Shown here piece after piece: positions 20,262 through 29,808 of a stretch of 64,000 nucleotides of DNA; within the stretch, counting starts at the first letter, position 1, and each line of letters begins with the position of its first letter. A program made the position numbers and the translations under genes. This DNA comes from Chitinivibrionales bacterium. Its GTDB lineage: Bacteria; Fibrobacterota; Chitinivibrionia; Chitinivibrionales; WJKA01. Under the pieces are notes generated by a model that was not told the origin of the DNA, made no database searches, and saw only the letters and a list, made by a program, of their open reading frames with translations. The stretch covers positions 64,001 through 128,000 of the forward strand of contig JBBRUX010000002.1 of the NCBI GenBank assembly GCA_038247415.1, written 5' to 3'.

Positions 20262-21036
20262 GATTAACAATTTCCTTTGCAAGCTTCAAATAATTTTCTG
20301 AGCCACTCGACATAATATCGTACAAAATAATTGGTTTACCAAATGAGGGAGATTCCGACAATTTAACATTACGCGTAATAACAGCATCAAAAACTTTGCC
20401 CGAAAAATAGGAACGAACTTCTTCCGACACCTGGCGGCATAAATTTAATCGTCCGTCGTACATGGTAAGCAATGCGCCTTCGATGGTAAGTTTAGTATTA
20501 AGCGTTTTTTGCACCAAGCGAATAGTATTGAGCAATTCTGCCAAACCTTCAAGCGCGTAATATTCACACTGAATTGGAATAAGTACCGAATCTGCCGCAG
20601 TTAAAATATTAATCGTTAACAATCCAAGGGATGGGGGAGAATCGATAATAATATATTCGTATTCATCTCGAATGCTCTCCAGCGCCATTGATAGTTGTTT
20701 TTCACGAGCAAGAACATTTACCAGCTCAATTTCTGCAGCTGCTAAATCGGGTGTTGCTGGAACAATTGATAAAAAGGCAATATCTTGGCTCTTAATAACA
20801 ACATCAGCAATGGCGGTTTGCAGAGCACCATGACGACGATGTGTTAACACATCATAAATAGATTGTTGTATCGTGCTTTTATCAACACCAATTCCTGTTG
20901 TTGCATTTGCTTGGGGATCCATATCAATTAAAAGTGTTTTATGTTCTGCAGCAGCCAAACAAGAAGCAAGATTAACTGAGGTTGTTGTTTTACCAACCCC
21001 ACCTTTTTGATTACAAACTGCTATTACTTTACCCAC
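20254..21036 (-). CDS. parA: Chromosome partitioning ATPase ParA/Soj
   Basis: NQKGGVGKTTT, DMDPQANAT, DSPPSLG and QCEYYALEG. Confidence 0.96.
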   Translation of the reverse strand: MGKVIAVCNQKGGVGKTTTSVNLASCLAAAEHKTLLIDMDPQANATTGIGVDKSTIQQSIYDVLTHRRHGALQTAIADVVIKSQDIAFLSIVPATPDLAAAEIELVNVLAREKQLSMALESIRDEYEYIIIDSPPSLGLLTINILTAADSVLIPIQCEYYALEGLAELLNTIRLVQKTLNTKLTIEGALLTMYDGRLNLCRQVSEEVRSYFSGKVFDAVITRNVKLSESPSFGKPIILYDIMSSGSENYLKLAKEIVNHG

Positions 21037-21061
21037 AAGCTACCCACCCATTGTTCATATG

Positions 21062-21203
21062 TTATCAACATTATACTAACACACTCATTAAACTGTTACT
21101 CTTTGGTAATATCCTAAATATTTCCTATATATATCATACTCTTATGATACTTTTTGTTTGTTGATAATCTTATTTCATATCCAGATATATAAAGTTTTCC
21201 ACA
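21062..21203. promoter_or_regulatory. DnaA-box-like sites in the AT-rich rsmG-parA spacer
   Basis: TTATCAACA 21062-21070, its reverse complement 21159-21167, TTTTCCACA 21195-21203. Confidence 0.5.
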
Positions 21204-21249
21204 TCAATTTCGCTTAAAGAAACACACACATCATGCACGTTACATTTCA

Positions 21250-21936
21250 TTATATGGGCAGCAATTCTAAGGAAACCAATTTTAATCCAAAAATCTGTTT
21301 TCCAAGATCGTATTCTGCAATTTCTGAAATGCGAGCATGTGATGCTTTAGTAGATGTGATGTTTTCTAATTCTGTGGCAAAATCTTTTCCTTTAAAAGTA
21401 TAAATCCTACCATCGGGTTGCGAAAGAAATGGTTTGGCCATATCTGCTATTTCTGCAAATGTACCAACACCCCGGCTTACTACATAATCAAACGGCTTAG
21501 TTTCTGGATCAAGCGCTTCCACTCGCCCCGGAAAAACAAATACATTTTCTAACACTAATTCTTCAACAATTTCACTTAAAAACTTTGCCTTCTTTTTATT
21601 TGATTCGGCTAAAACGATATCCAGGTCAGGGCGAAAAATCCGTGTAGGTATTGATGGAAAACCACCTCCAGCGCCAACATCCAAAATTCGGGCATTCTTT
21701 TTAAATCCAAATAAAAGTAGCGGTTGTAACGAATCGCAAAAGTGACGAATAAATAAATTTCCTTCATCCTTTTTTGAAACCAAAGATGCTAAATCATTCC
21801 ACTTAAGCAAAAGTGCCATGAAGCGCAAAATATAATCTCGCTGAACCAAGTCGGGTGTTAAACCAAGTCGTTCAAGCTCTTTCAACTCATACAATTCTTT
21901 GGCCTTTTCCATAAACTGAGCGGGAATCTTATTCAT
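21250..21936 (-). CDS. rsmG: 16S rRNA m7G527 methyltransferase
   Basis: RHFCDSL, LDVGAGGGFPSI and GRVE; position between mnmG and parA. Confidence 0.92.
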   Translation of the reverse strand: MNKIPAQFMEKAKELYELKELERLGLTPDLVQRDYILRFMALLLKWNDLASLVSKKDEGNLFIRHFCDSLQPLLLFGFKKNARILDVGAGGGFPSIPTRIFRPDLDIVLAESNKKKAKFLSEIVEELVLENVFVFPGRVEALDPETKPFDYVVSRGVGTFAEIADMAKPFLSQPDGRIYTFKGKDFATELENITSTKASHARISEIAEYDLGKQIFGLKLVSLELLPI

Positions 21937-21955
21937 AGATGAACATCTCCACTAT

Positions 21956-21971
21956 TGTTTCACGTGAAACA
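21956..21971. promoter_or_regulatory. parS centromere-like site
   Basis: Perfect palindrome TGTTTCACGTGAAACA. Confidence 0.95.
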
Positions 21972-21974
21972 TAT

Positions 21975-23810
21975 TTATTGTTGCGCTACATACACCATGA
22001 GGATAGAAACATCAGCGGGGGTAACCCCAGAAATCCGGGCAGCCTGCCCGAGGGTGGCTGGTTTTATTGCAGAAAGCTTTATACGAGACTCTGTTAATAA
22101 ACCTGGAATTGTTTGATAATTGATTGATTGTGGAATTGCGATAGTATCAATTTTTGCCATACGCTCAACATTTTGATTCTCACGAGCAACAAAGCCACTA
22201 TACTTAACATCAGCTTCTACTCCACAAATAAGCTCTCTATCAATAACATTTAAATTTAAAAATGAAAGAATATTTGTGAGAGAAACTTCCGGACGTTTAA
22301 GCACTTCGTAAGCCTTTGCTTGGGATGTAATTAAAGTATTACTAAAACGGTCGTTCCAAGAATTATGATTAATCGTTGTAATTTTCAACGCACCAACCAG
22401 CTCTTTTTTTCCTTCCCAAAACTTTCTGCGCGCCCCAATTGTGTTTGCATCAACAAGATTAAGTGAATGAGCAATTTCCATAAGACGAAAATCTGCTGTA
22501 TCTTGTCGCAATAATAATCGATGCTCAGCTCGAGAAGTAAACATACGATAGGGTTCTTGTGTACCCCTAGAAACCAGATCATCTATTAACACACCAATAT
22601 ATGCTGCATCTCGCTTAAGAACTAATGGTGGAAGCCCAAGGACCTTCTGCGCTGCATTAACACCAGCAATTAAACCCTGGCCGCCAGCCTCTTCATATCC
22701 GGATGTTCCATTTATCTGCCCGGCAAAAAACAAACCCTCAACAACACGCGATTCTAGCGATGGATGCAATTGCGTTGGGTGAAAAAAATCGTATTCAATC
22801 CCATACCCTGGTCGAATTATTTTGGCCGATTTTAAACCAGGAATACTTTGTACTAATTGAACTTGAACTTGAAATGGCAAACTCGTTGATAAACCATTCA
22901 AATACATTTCATGAGTATGTAAACCCTCAGGTTCTAAAAATAATGCATGGCCATCCCTCTCTCCAAACCTAACCACTTTATCTTCAATAGATGGACAATA
23001 ACGAGGACCAACGCTTTGAATTTTACCAGTATAGAGGGGTGAGAAATTCAGATTATTTAAGATGATCGAATGAGTATCCGCGCATGTTCGGGTTGCATAA
23101 CAAACTACCTTATTGGTTGGTATTTCTTGCGTGCTAAACGAAAATGCCCAAGGAAAATCATCCCCGGGTTGCTTTTCCATTTTAGAAAAATCTACAGAAC
23201 GACCATCTATTCGGGGAGAGGTGCCTGTTTTTAACCGACCACTTTTTATACCTAATTCTGCCAACGACTCTGTAAGTCCACACGATGCCGGCTCGCCGGT
23301 GCGCCCCCCAGGAAAAGAAGTGAGCCCCATATGAATAGTGCCTGATAAAAATGTTCCGTTAGCCAAAACAATTGCTGTACATTCTATTACTTCGCTAGAA
23401 TCCATAAGCACTGAAAAGGCCTTATTACTAACAGGATTTATTTTTTTAACCATCCCCTGCAAAAAAGAAATCCCCATAACGGATTCAAGAAGCTCTCGAC
23501 AATATGATCGATATGCATGCTTATCTGCTTGGGCCCTGTTACCCCAAACAGCCATACCTTTTGCGGTATTTAACATCTTAAAATGAATACCGGTTTTATC
23601 AATTATTTTCCCCATGAGCCCACCCATGGCATCGATCTCCCGGACAATGTTCCCCTTGGCAATCCCACCAATAGCGGGATTGCACGACATGTGACCAATA
23701 AGATCGATGTGTGAAGTAATCATAAGCACACTAACACCGCGGTTTGCTGCAGCGTTTGCTGCTTCAACACCGGCGTGTCCCCCTCCAATTACTACAACAT
23801 CAAATTTCAT
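21975..23810 (-). CDS. mnmG: tRNA uridine-5-carboxymethylaminomethyl modification enzyme MnmG
   Basis: GGGHAG.EAA, MSCNPAIGG, GPRYCPSIEDK, AGQINGTSGYEEA and YRMFTSRAE. Confidence 0.97.
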   Translation of the reverse strand: MKFDVVVIGGGHAGVEAANAAANRGVSVLMITSHIDLIGHMSCNPAIGGIAKGNIVREIDAMGGLMGKIIDKTGIHFKMLNTAKGMAVWGNRAQADKHAYRSYCRELLESVMGISFLQGMVKKINPVSNKAFSVLMDSSEVIECTAIVLANGTFLSGTIHMGLTSFPGGRTGEPASCGLTESLAELGIKSGRLKTGTSPRIDGRSVDFSKMEKQPGDDFPWAFSFSTQEIPTNKVVCYATRTCADTHSIILNNLNFSPLYTGKIQSVGPRYCPSIEDKVVRFGERDGHALFLEPEGLHTHEMYLNGLSTSLPFQVQVQLVQSIPGLKSAKIIRPGYGIEYDFFHPTQLHPSLESRVVEGLFFAGQINGTSGYEEAGGQGLIAGVNAAQKVLGLPPLVLKRDAAYIGVLIDDLVSRGTQEPYRMFTSRAEHRLLLRQDTADFRLMEIAHSLNLVDANTIGARRKFWEGKKELVGALKITTINHNSWNDRFSNTLITSQAKAYEVLKRPEVSLTNILSFLNLNVIDRELICGVEADVKYSGFVARENQNVERMAKIDTIAIPQSINYQTIPGLLTESRIKLSAIKPATLGQAARISGVTPADVSILMVYVAQQ

Positions 23811-23821
23811 ACTTTTTCCAA

Positions 23822-23837
23822 TGTTTCACGTGAAACA
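23822..23837. promoter_or_regulatory. parS centromere-like site
   Basis: Perfect palindrome TGTTTCACGTGAAACA. Confidence 0.95.
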
Positions 23838-23871
23838 TCTTATGTTAAAATTGAGGCCATCAAAAGGGCTG

Positions 23872-23887
23872 TGTTTCACGTGAAACA
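23872..23887. promoter_or_regulatory. parS centromere-like site
   Basis: Perfect palindrome TGTTTCACGTGAAACA. Confidence 0.95.
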
Positions 23888-23888
23888 T

Positions 23889-25262
23889 TTATTTTCCAAT
23901 ACAAAATTTAGAGAATATCTCATTAATAACCTCTTCGCTGGTTGTTCTGCCAAAAAACTCATCAAACAGCAAAAGTGCCTTGGTAATACTTTGTGCATAA
24001 ACGTCTTCGCCAAATTGTGCAACAGAATCTGCATAGGTAAGCGATTCAACCAACCTAGTTCCCAGATCTTCGTGACGTGAATTTAACATAACGGAGTGAT
24101 CCATACAATCTAAATAATTTTCTTTTACCCAGCTTCCAACATAGCAAATGAGTTGCTCTCGAGATTCTGAATCAAACGAAGATATAGATAGAATTGGAAT
24201 ATTATTGTTTTTAAAAAACAATTCCTTGTTCGAATCTGTTGATAAGTCTATTTTGTTGATAACAGACCAAATCTTGCCCGCTACACCCTTATTCAAAATA
24301 TCTGTTTCGTTGGCAATAAAGGGTTGGTTAGCTGGAGTTATCCACAACACTAGGTGTGCATGTGAACAAACATCCCAACTCCTATCAATTCCAATTTGCT
24401 CAACGGGGTTATCAGAATTGCCAATACCTGCAGTATCAATAAGACATACTAAACTATTTTCAATTTCTAACGATTCTGATACTAAATCTCGGGTGGTTCC
24501 TTCTGTTTCATGAACGATAGATCGATCACCACCTACAAGTATATTAAAAATAGTAGACTTACCTGCATTTTTAGGACCAAATAAAACAATTGTTAGCCCT
24601 TTTTCTAGGGTTTTTAATCGATCTCTGATGCATAATTCAGCTTCTATATCAGTCTTCAGTACGGATAACTTCTCCAATATAGAGTTAAATTGTTCTGGAT
24701 TTGGGGTTTCTTCTGGAAACTCTAGGCCAGATTCTAATAAAGAAAGCGCTGAAACGATTTCTTGTTTCCACTGCATAATTTTTTTTGCAGATCCACCATG
24801 ATACATTTCTAACGCTATTTTATGTTGAAGCGGGGTGTGTGCTTCGATCAATCCATGAATCGATTCTGCTTTTAAAATATCTAATTTTCCATTTAAAAAT
24901 GCCCTGCGTGTAAACTCGCCTTTTCCAGCAAATCGCATACCCACAAAAACCAAGGTTTCAAGTATTGCTAATGGAACGAGTTTTCCCCCATGGCAGATAA
25001 CTTCAACCATATCCTCACCAGAAAAGGATCTTGGGGAACAATATTTTATTGCTGTAATTTCATCAATACAATTTTTAGTTGTGGGATGATAAATAGAATA
25101 AAGATGTATTGTGTTTGTGGTAGCTTTGAGAAAAAGGCTCCCCTTGGAGCCAAGACAAATAGCAAAAAGAACATGCGCATCTTTTCCGCTTATTCGCAGA
25201 ATTGCTAGAGCGCCAACGCCCGGTGGGGTAGCGAGGGCAACTATGGTTTTTTGATCGTCCAT
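23889..25262 (-). CDS. mnmE: tRNA modification GTPase MnmE
   Basis: GEFTRRAFLNGK, GPKNAGKST, GTTRD, DTAG and terminal FCIGK; likely start 25262. Confidence 0.96.
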   Translation of the reverse strand: MDDQKTIVALATPPGVGALAILRISGKDAHVLFAICLGSKGSLFLKATTNTIHLYSIYHPTTKNCIDEITAIKYCSPRSFSGEDMVEVICHGGKLVPLAILETLVFVGMRFAGKGEFTRRAFLNGKLDILKAESIHGLIEAHTPLQHKIALEMYHGGSAKKIMQWKQEIVSALSLLESGLEFPEETPNPEQFNSILEKLSVLKTDIEAELCIRDRLKTLEKGLTIVLFGPKNAGKSTIFNILVGGDRSIVHETEGTTRDLVSESLEIENSLVCLIDTAGIGNSDNPVEQIGIDRSWDVCSHAHLVLWITPANQPFIANETDILNKGVAGKIWSVINKIDLSTDSNKELFFKNNNIPILSISSFDSESREQLICYVGSWVKENYLDCMDHSVMLNSRHEDLGTRLVESLTYADSVAQFGEDVYAQSITKALLLFDEFFGRTTSEEVINEIFSKFCIGK

Positions 25263-25278
25263 ATGCCCCGCCTTTGTT

Positions 25279-27162
25279 TTAGCGCTTATGTGGTGCTGTT
25301 TTTGAAATGGTTCCAACCGTTACCGCAGATGCCCTAGCTGCTGTTTGTTTATCAATAATAAATTGCTGTAAAATTCCTAATGCGCTTTGAAATGTCCAAT
25401 ATATGACCAATCCCGACGAAAAACTATTAAACATAAAAAGGAAAAGAAGCGGCATTAAATAGATCATCATTTTTTGATTTGGATCTTTAATGGTCATCTT
25501 ATTTTGAAAATAAGTAAGAATAGCCATGACAATAGGAAGTAGCCCAATGGTAGTACCATACATTGGAATACCACCGGGAAGAATTTTTTGAAACAGCGGT
25601 GTAATAACCGGCAACGCCTCTGCTTGAGCTAAGTCGGTAATCCAGGGTACAACAGAGGTTGTTGCGCCCCTAATCTCTATTGATTTTTTTAGCACTACAA
25701 ACAAGGCAAAAAACACGGGGATCTGTAAAAACATGGGCAAACAACCCGGATTGAAAGGATTAACACCCTCTATTTTATAAAGAGCCATTATTTCTTCGTT
25801 CATCTTTTTGGGATTAGCAGAATAGCGTTTCCTAAGATCTGTAATTTTTGGCTGCAAATCTTTCATTCTGCTCATCGATTTCATACTGCTTTGTGTCAGC
25901 GGATAGGTTGCAATCTTTAAAATTATGGTTATAAAAATGATGGCGATACCATAATCTTTAACAATATGCTGTAATTGAATTAAGAGCCATAAAACAAACT
26001 CTGCTACATAAGGAAACCACAAATCGGCTCTTAAAAGCCACTTCCATCCACTAAATAAGACCTTTTCGAATTTTAAAGAATATGGTGTTAAATAGTCTAA
26101 TTTTGTTGGACCAGCATAAATCCAATATGACTCAGTTGGACTTTCGGAATATCGCTTTATTGAAATTCCGTAATTAATTATTGGTGCACCTCTATTTTCA
26201 GGTGGTGCATAAGGATTTATTTCAGTAAAAGAAGAAACTGTGATTTCTGCATCTTTTACGGTATCAGCAACAAGCGCAATTAAAAAATATTTGGACGAAA
26301 TACCAGTCCAAGAATAGAACCCCGTATATTGTTCCTTCTCAACTTTTTTAGCAATAAAATGCTCCACGTTTTTTCCATCATAAACATGGGCTTTTTTAGG
26401 ATCAAAATTGGCGCTTCCAACTGGTCCCAAATCTTCAGATTCATTAATTCCACATTCCCAACCTACTGCTACGTTTTTCCCTGAAAGTGCGCCAGATATC
26501 ACAGAATAACCAATTTTGTACGTAGACCCATTAAACAAGAATTGCTTTTGAATGCCATTTTGAGCAGTAAACTTGACTCTTGCGGTATCTTTTTTAGAAA
26601 GAATTATTTGTTTCTTTTTATAGTGCGCATCTACAAAAAACAGTTGACTATCGTAGTTTACACCATTAATGGAAAGGTTTGCCCCACCTTTTCCGTTTTG
26701 AGGCAACAGTTCAATAAAATTTTTAGAATCATGTGTGTAAACAACCTTTTTACCCTTCACTATATATTCATATTCTTTCGTCTTAATCGAAGCAATCAAC
26801 CCACCTTTTTCGGCTATTTTACATATATATTTATCTGTTTCAATAGTAATTGTATCAGCATTTGAATACGTAGAATCGGTGGAGGTAAAAGCACTAATGG
26901 CTGACACTGGGACTGTTTGCGGTGGCACATTTGCTATATTTGTTATACCCTTTTCAGGCGCTTCGGATAATGATGCGGGTTTATTAGGAGAAACCATTGC
27001 TGGTTTTGTATCTTGTGTTTGTTGCCGCGTAACCTTAAGTTTTTCCTCGGCAATTTCCTGAGGGGATCTCTTGCCCCATATAGTATGATAATAAAAAGGA
27101 CTTTGAAAAAACCAAATAGCGCCTATAATAACTAAAAATCCGAAAATACTATTACGGTTCAC
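25279..27162 (-). CDS. yidC: Membrane protein insertase YidC
   Basis: N-terminal TM, large periplasmic domain, YGIAII, GCLPMFLQIP and GLVIYW. Confidence 0.95.
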   Translation of the reverse strand: MNRNSIFGFLVIIGAIWFFQSPFYYHTIWGKRSPQEIAEEKLKVTRQQTQDTKPAMVSPNKPASLSEAPEKGITNIANVPPQTVPVSAISAFTSTDSTYSNADTITIETDKYICKIAEKGGLIASIKTKEYEYIVKGKKVVYTHDSKNFIELLPQNGKGGANLSINGVNYDSQLFFVDAHYKKKQIILSKKDTARVKFTAQNGIQKQFLFNGSTYKIGYSVISGALSGKNVAVGWECGINESEDLGPVGSANFDPKKAHVYDGKNVEHFIAKKVEKEQYTGFYSWTGISSKYFLIALVADTVKDAEITVSSFTEINPYAPPENRGAPIINYGISIKRYSESPTESYWIYAGPTKLDYLTPYSLKFEKVLFSGWKWLLRADLWFPYVAEFVLWLLIQLQHIVKDYGIAIIFITIILKIATYPLTQSSMKSMSRMKDLQPKITDLRKRYSANPKKMNEEIMALYKIEGVNPFNPGCLPMFLQIPVFFALFVVLKKSIEIRGATTSVVPWITDLAQAEALPVITPLFQKILPGGIPMYGTTIGLLPIVMAILTYFQNKMTIKDPNQKMMIYLMPLLFLFMFNSFSSGLVIYWTFQSALGILQQFIIDKQTAARASAVTVGTISKTAPHKR

Positions 27163-27407
27163 AATACTGTCCTTTCAGGTTTTACAGGATCATACCCACC
27201 ACGAGAGAGTGGATTACACTTAAGAAAACGATATACAATTTTTGGTAAGGCAACATGCAACGGTAGTACTTTAATAGCTTCTATTGCATATGCGCTACAA
27301 GACGGCTCATATTTGCATACGCCATCTGAGAACGGCACAACCAATTTAAAAAATCTAATAAAGATAGAAAAAATTATGGTTTTGATCTTTGAATACATTT
27401 CTGCCAT
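27159..27407 (-). CDS. yidD: Membrane protein insertion efficiency factor YidD
   Basis: CKYEPSCSAYA and KCNPLSRGGYDPV. Confidence 0.92.
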   Translation of the reverse strand: MAEMYSKIKTIIFSIFIRFFKLVVPFSDGVCKYEPSCSAYAIEAIKVLPLHVALPKIVYRFLKCNPLSRGGYDPVKPERTVL

Positions 27408-27727
27408 GAATCAAATGATCCTACCTGTTTTTCGAATGAAAAATTCTGATGTGAAAGAGGCTTAATGAGAAGATTATAAAAAGGAGGACCGCTTCTTATA
27501 CGTGATCTAAAAATCTCCCGACAAACACGTTTTATATAATTTCTTTCGACTGAACTACCAAGTTTTCTAGAAACTAAAACAGCCAGTCTATCAAATTTTT
27601 GGTTGTTTATACAAGAAATATAAACAACTCCATTACTACAAACCCATTGTTTTCCAGAACGCACAAGAACAGATATTTCGCTTTTTCTATATATCCGTTC
27701 TTGTTTGGAAAAAGAATTGTTTTTCAA
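27374..27727 (-). CDS. rnpA: Ribonuclease P protein component
   Basis: VSRKLG.SV.RNYIKR..RE motif; canonical position; TTG start. Confidence 0.88.
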   Translation of the reverse strand: MKNNSFSKQERIYRKSEISVLVRSGKQWVCSNGVVYISCINNQKFDRLAVLVSRKLGSSVERNYIKRVCREIFRSRIRSGPPFYNLLIKPLSHQNFSFEKQVGSFDSWQKCIQRSKP

Positions 27728-27886
27728 TTAAAGCCTGATTGAACGCTCTTCCGAAACAGTAAGCTTTTTGCGTCCTTTAGCACGACGTCTCTTTAAAACA
27801 ATTTGTCCGTTTTTTGTTGCCATACGTGCACGAAAACCATGTTTATTAACACGTTTACGCTTAGATGGCTGAAATGTAGGCCCCAT
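27728..27886 (-). CDS. rpmH: 50S ribosomal protein L34 (52 aa, below the ORF-track cutoff)
   Basis: Manual translation [60 protein letters not shown]. Confidence 0.97.
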   Translation of the reverse strand: MGPTFQPSKRKRVNKHGFRARMATKNGQIVLKRRRAKGRKKLTVSEERSIRL

Positions 27887-28216
27887 GAAAAACTCCTTTA
27901 ACTCAAATTAGTGTTGACTCAAACCGAATAAAAATGCTTTATCTTAAAAGGTATGTCAATTTTTTCTCTTTAAAATATGAACTAAAATCAACAACTACAT
28001 TATTTAGTATTTAAATAGACAAATTTAACTACATATAGAGATCATTTGCTATTCCATGCGGGAAAAGAACAAACGTTAATAGAATTAGTAAAAATAATAA
28101 ATTTGCTAGAGTATTTATTAATAAAAATTGCTCGATTTCAAAACTTCTATAATAAGGCCAGATAGTATATTAATCGTAGTTAAATTATTACCCGCTTATA
28201 AAAAAGATTAGATTAC

Positions 28217-29557
28217 ATGCATGAAATACTTTGGAAATCTATTCGTGACGATTTAGAAAAAAATATAGATCGTTCTCGTTTTGAAACATGGGTTGCTCCA
28301 TTATCGGTATCTTCCAACTCCGATGCTACAAAACTAATATTATGTGCTCCTAATCAATTTATTTGTGATTTTTTATCAACAAACTACAAAGATAGTTTTT
28401 TATCGATATCAAAAAAATTATCTCTTTCTGTTAATGAAGTAGATTTTAAAGTAGAAAATAATCTTGTTGCCCAAATCCACGAACAAGAAATTCAAGTTGC
28501 AACCAATACTAGTTCATCTCCACAAAAAAATCTTTATCCACTCTTAAATAAGCGATTTTCTTTTGATTCCTTTATTGTTGGTTCTGGTAATGAATTTGCC
28601 AAAAGCGCAGCTTTAGCTGTTGCAGAAGCACCAGGAAAAACAAAATTTAATCCATTGCTCTTTTATGGTGGCGTAGGCTTAGGAAAAACGCATCTTTTGC
28701 AAGCTATAGGAAATTTTATACTCTCTCTTGGTAAAAACTATAAAGTTTCATATGTAACCTCAGAAGAGTTTTATTTAGAATTTATAGATGCAATTAAAAC
28801 TAATACAACAAAAAAATTCACTGAGAAATATCGTACATCTGATATCCTCCTTGTAGATGATCTTCAGTTTTTTGCCGGTAAAGAATCTACTCAAGAAGAA
28901 TTCTTTTACGTTTTTAATACGTTATATCAAAATGGCAAACAACTCGTATTAACATCAGATTTGCCTCCAAGCGCTCTACAAGGTCTGCAAGATAGACTTG
29001 TATCACGATTTCAATGGGGTTTATGCATTGATATACAACCACCTAATTTAGAAACTCGTGTAGCTATTCTAAAAAAGAAAGCTGAAGAAGATAGCTTAAA
29101 TATACCAGAAACTGTTCTCTACTACATAGCTGAACATGTCTCTTCTAATATTAGAGAGCTAGAAGGTGTAGTAATAAGACTGCTTGCATATGCGTCTATC
29201 ACGAAAACAGATATAACTATAGATCTCGTAACAAGTGTTCTAAAAAAATCTTATGATAAGGGAAATTCAAGAATTAGTATTGAAGAAGTCATTGAAAAAG
29301 TTGCAAATTATTATAAGGTTCCAATAAATAATATTAGAGAAAAGAATCGCAGAAAAGAAGTAGCAATTTGTCGACAAATAGCAATGTATATTACTAAATC
29401 AATAACAAATCATTCACTTAAAACAATAGGTCTCAATTTTGGTGGTAGAGACCATAGTACTGTAATTCATGCTGTTCAAACCACCGAAAAATTAAAGAAA
29501 ACAGATGAAACATTATTACGTGATATCAATTACATTATATCTATGCTTAAAAATTAA
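28217..29557 (+). CDS. dnaA: Chromosomal replication initiator DnaA
   Basis: NPLLFYGGVGLGKTHLL, DDLQF, SNIRELEG and GGRDHSTVIHA. Confidence 0.98.
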   Translation: MHEILWKSIRDDLEKNIDRSRFETWVAPLSVSSNSDATKLILCAPNQFICDFLSTNYKDSFLSISKKLSLSVNEVDFKVENNLVAQIHEQEIQVATNTSSSPQKNLYPLLNKRFSFDSFIVGSGNEFAKSAALAVAEAPGKTKFNPLLFYGGVGLGKTHLLQAIGNFILSLGKNYKVSYVTSEEFYLEFIDAIKTNTTKKFTEKYRTSDILLVDDLQFFAGKESTQEEFFYVFNTLYQNGKQLVLTSDLPPSALQGLQDRLVSRFQWGLCIDIQPPNLETRVAILKKKAEEDSLNIPETVLYYIAEHVSSNIRELEGVVIRLLAYASITKTDITIDLVTSVLKKSYDKGNSRISIEEVIEKVANYYKVPINNIREKNRRKEVAICRQIAMYITKSITNHSLKTIGLNFGGRDHSTVIHAVQTTEKLKKTDETLLRDINYIISMLKN

Positions 29558-29808
29558 CAATTACATGCTCATAACCTGTTAATAAGTTATTAATATATTA
29601 TTTTTAAAAGTAATAATAGCTTATCAACACAATCATAGTACGAGATATCAACAATTAAAAATTATATAAATCAATAGGTTATAACAAATTAATACTTATC
29701 AACACCTCTTATATTATATCTAATTTTAATATAAAGGTAAGAATAAGAAGATACTATGTTAATAATAAACAGTTGTGATCGTTATAAGTTTTTTAAACGG
29801 AGTTAGCT
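29558..29808. other. Probable replication origin oriC
   Basis: Very AT-rich dnaA-dnaN spacer; TTATCAACA at 29621 and 29696, ATATCAACA at 29645, TGTTAATAA at 29577 and 29757. Confidence 0.8.
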
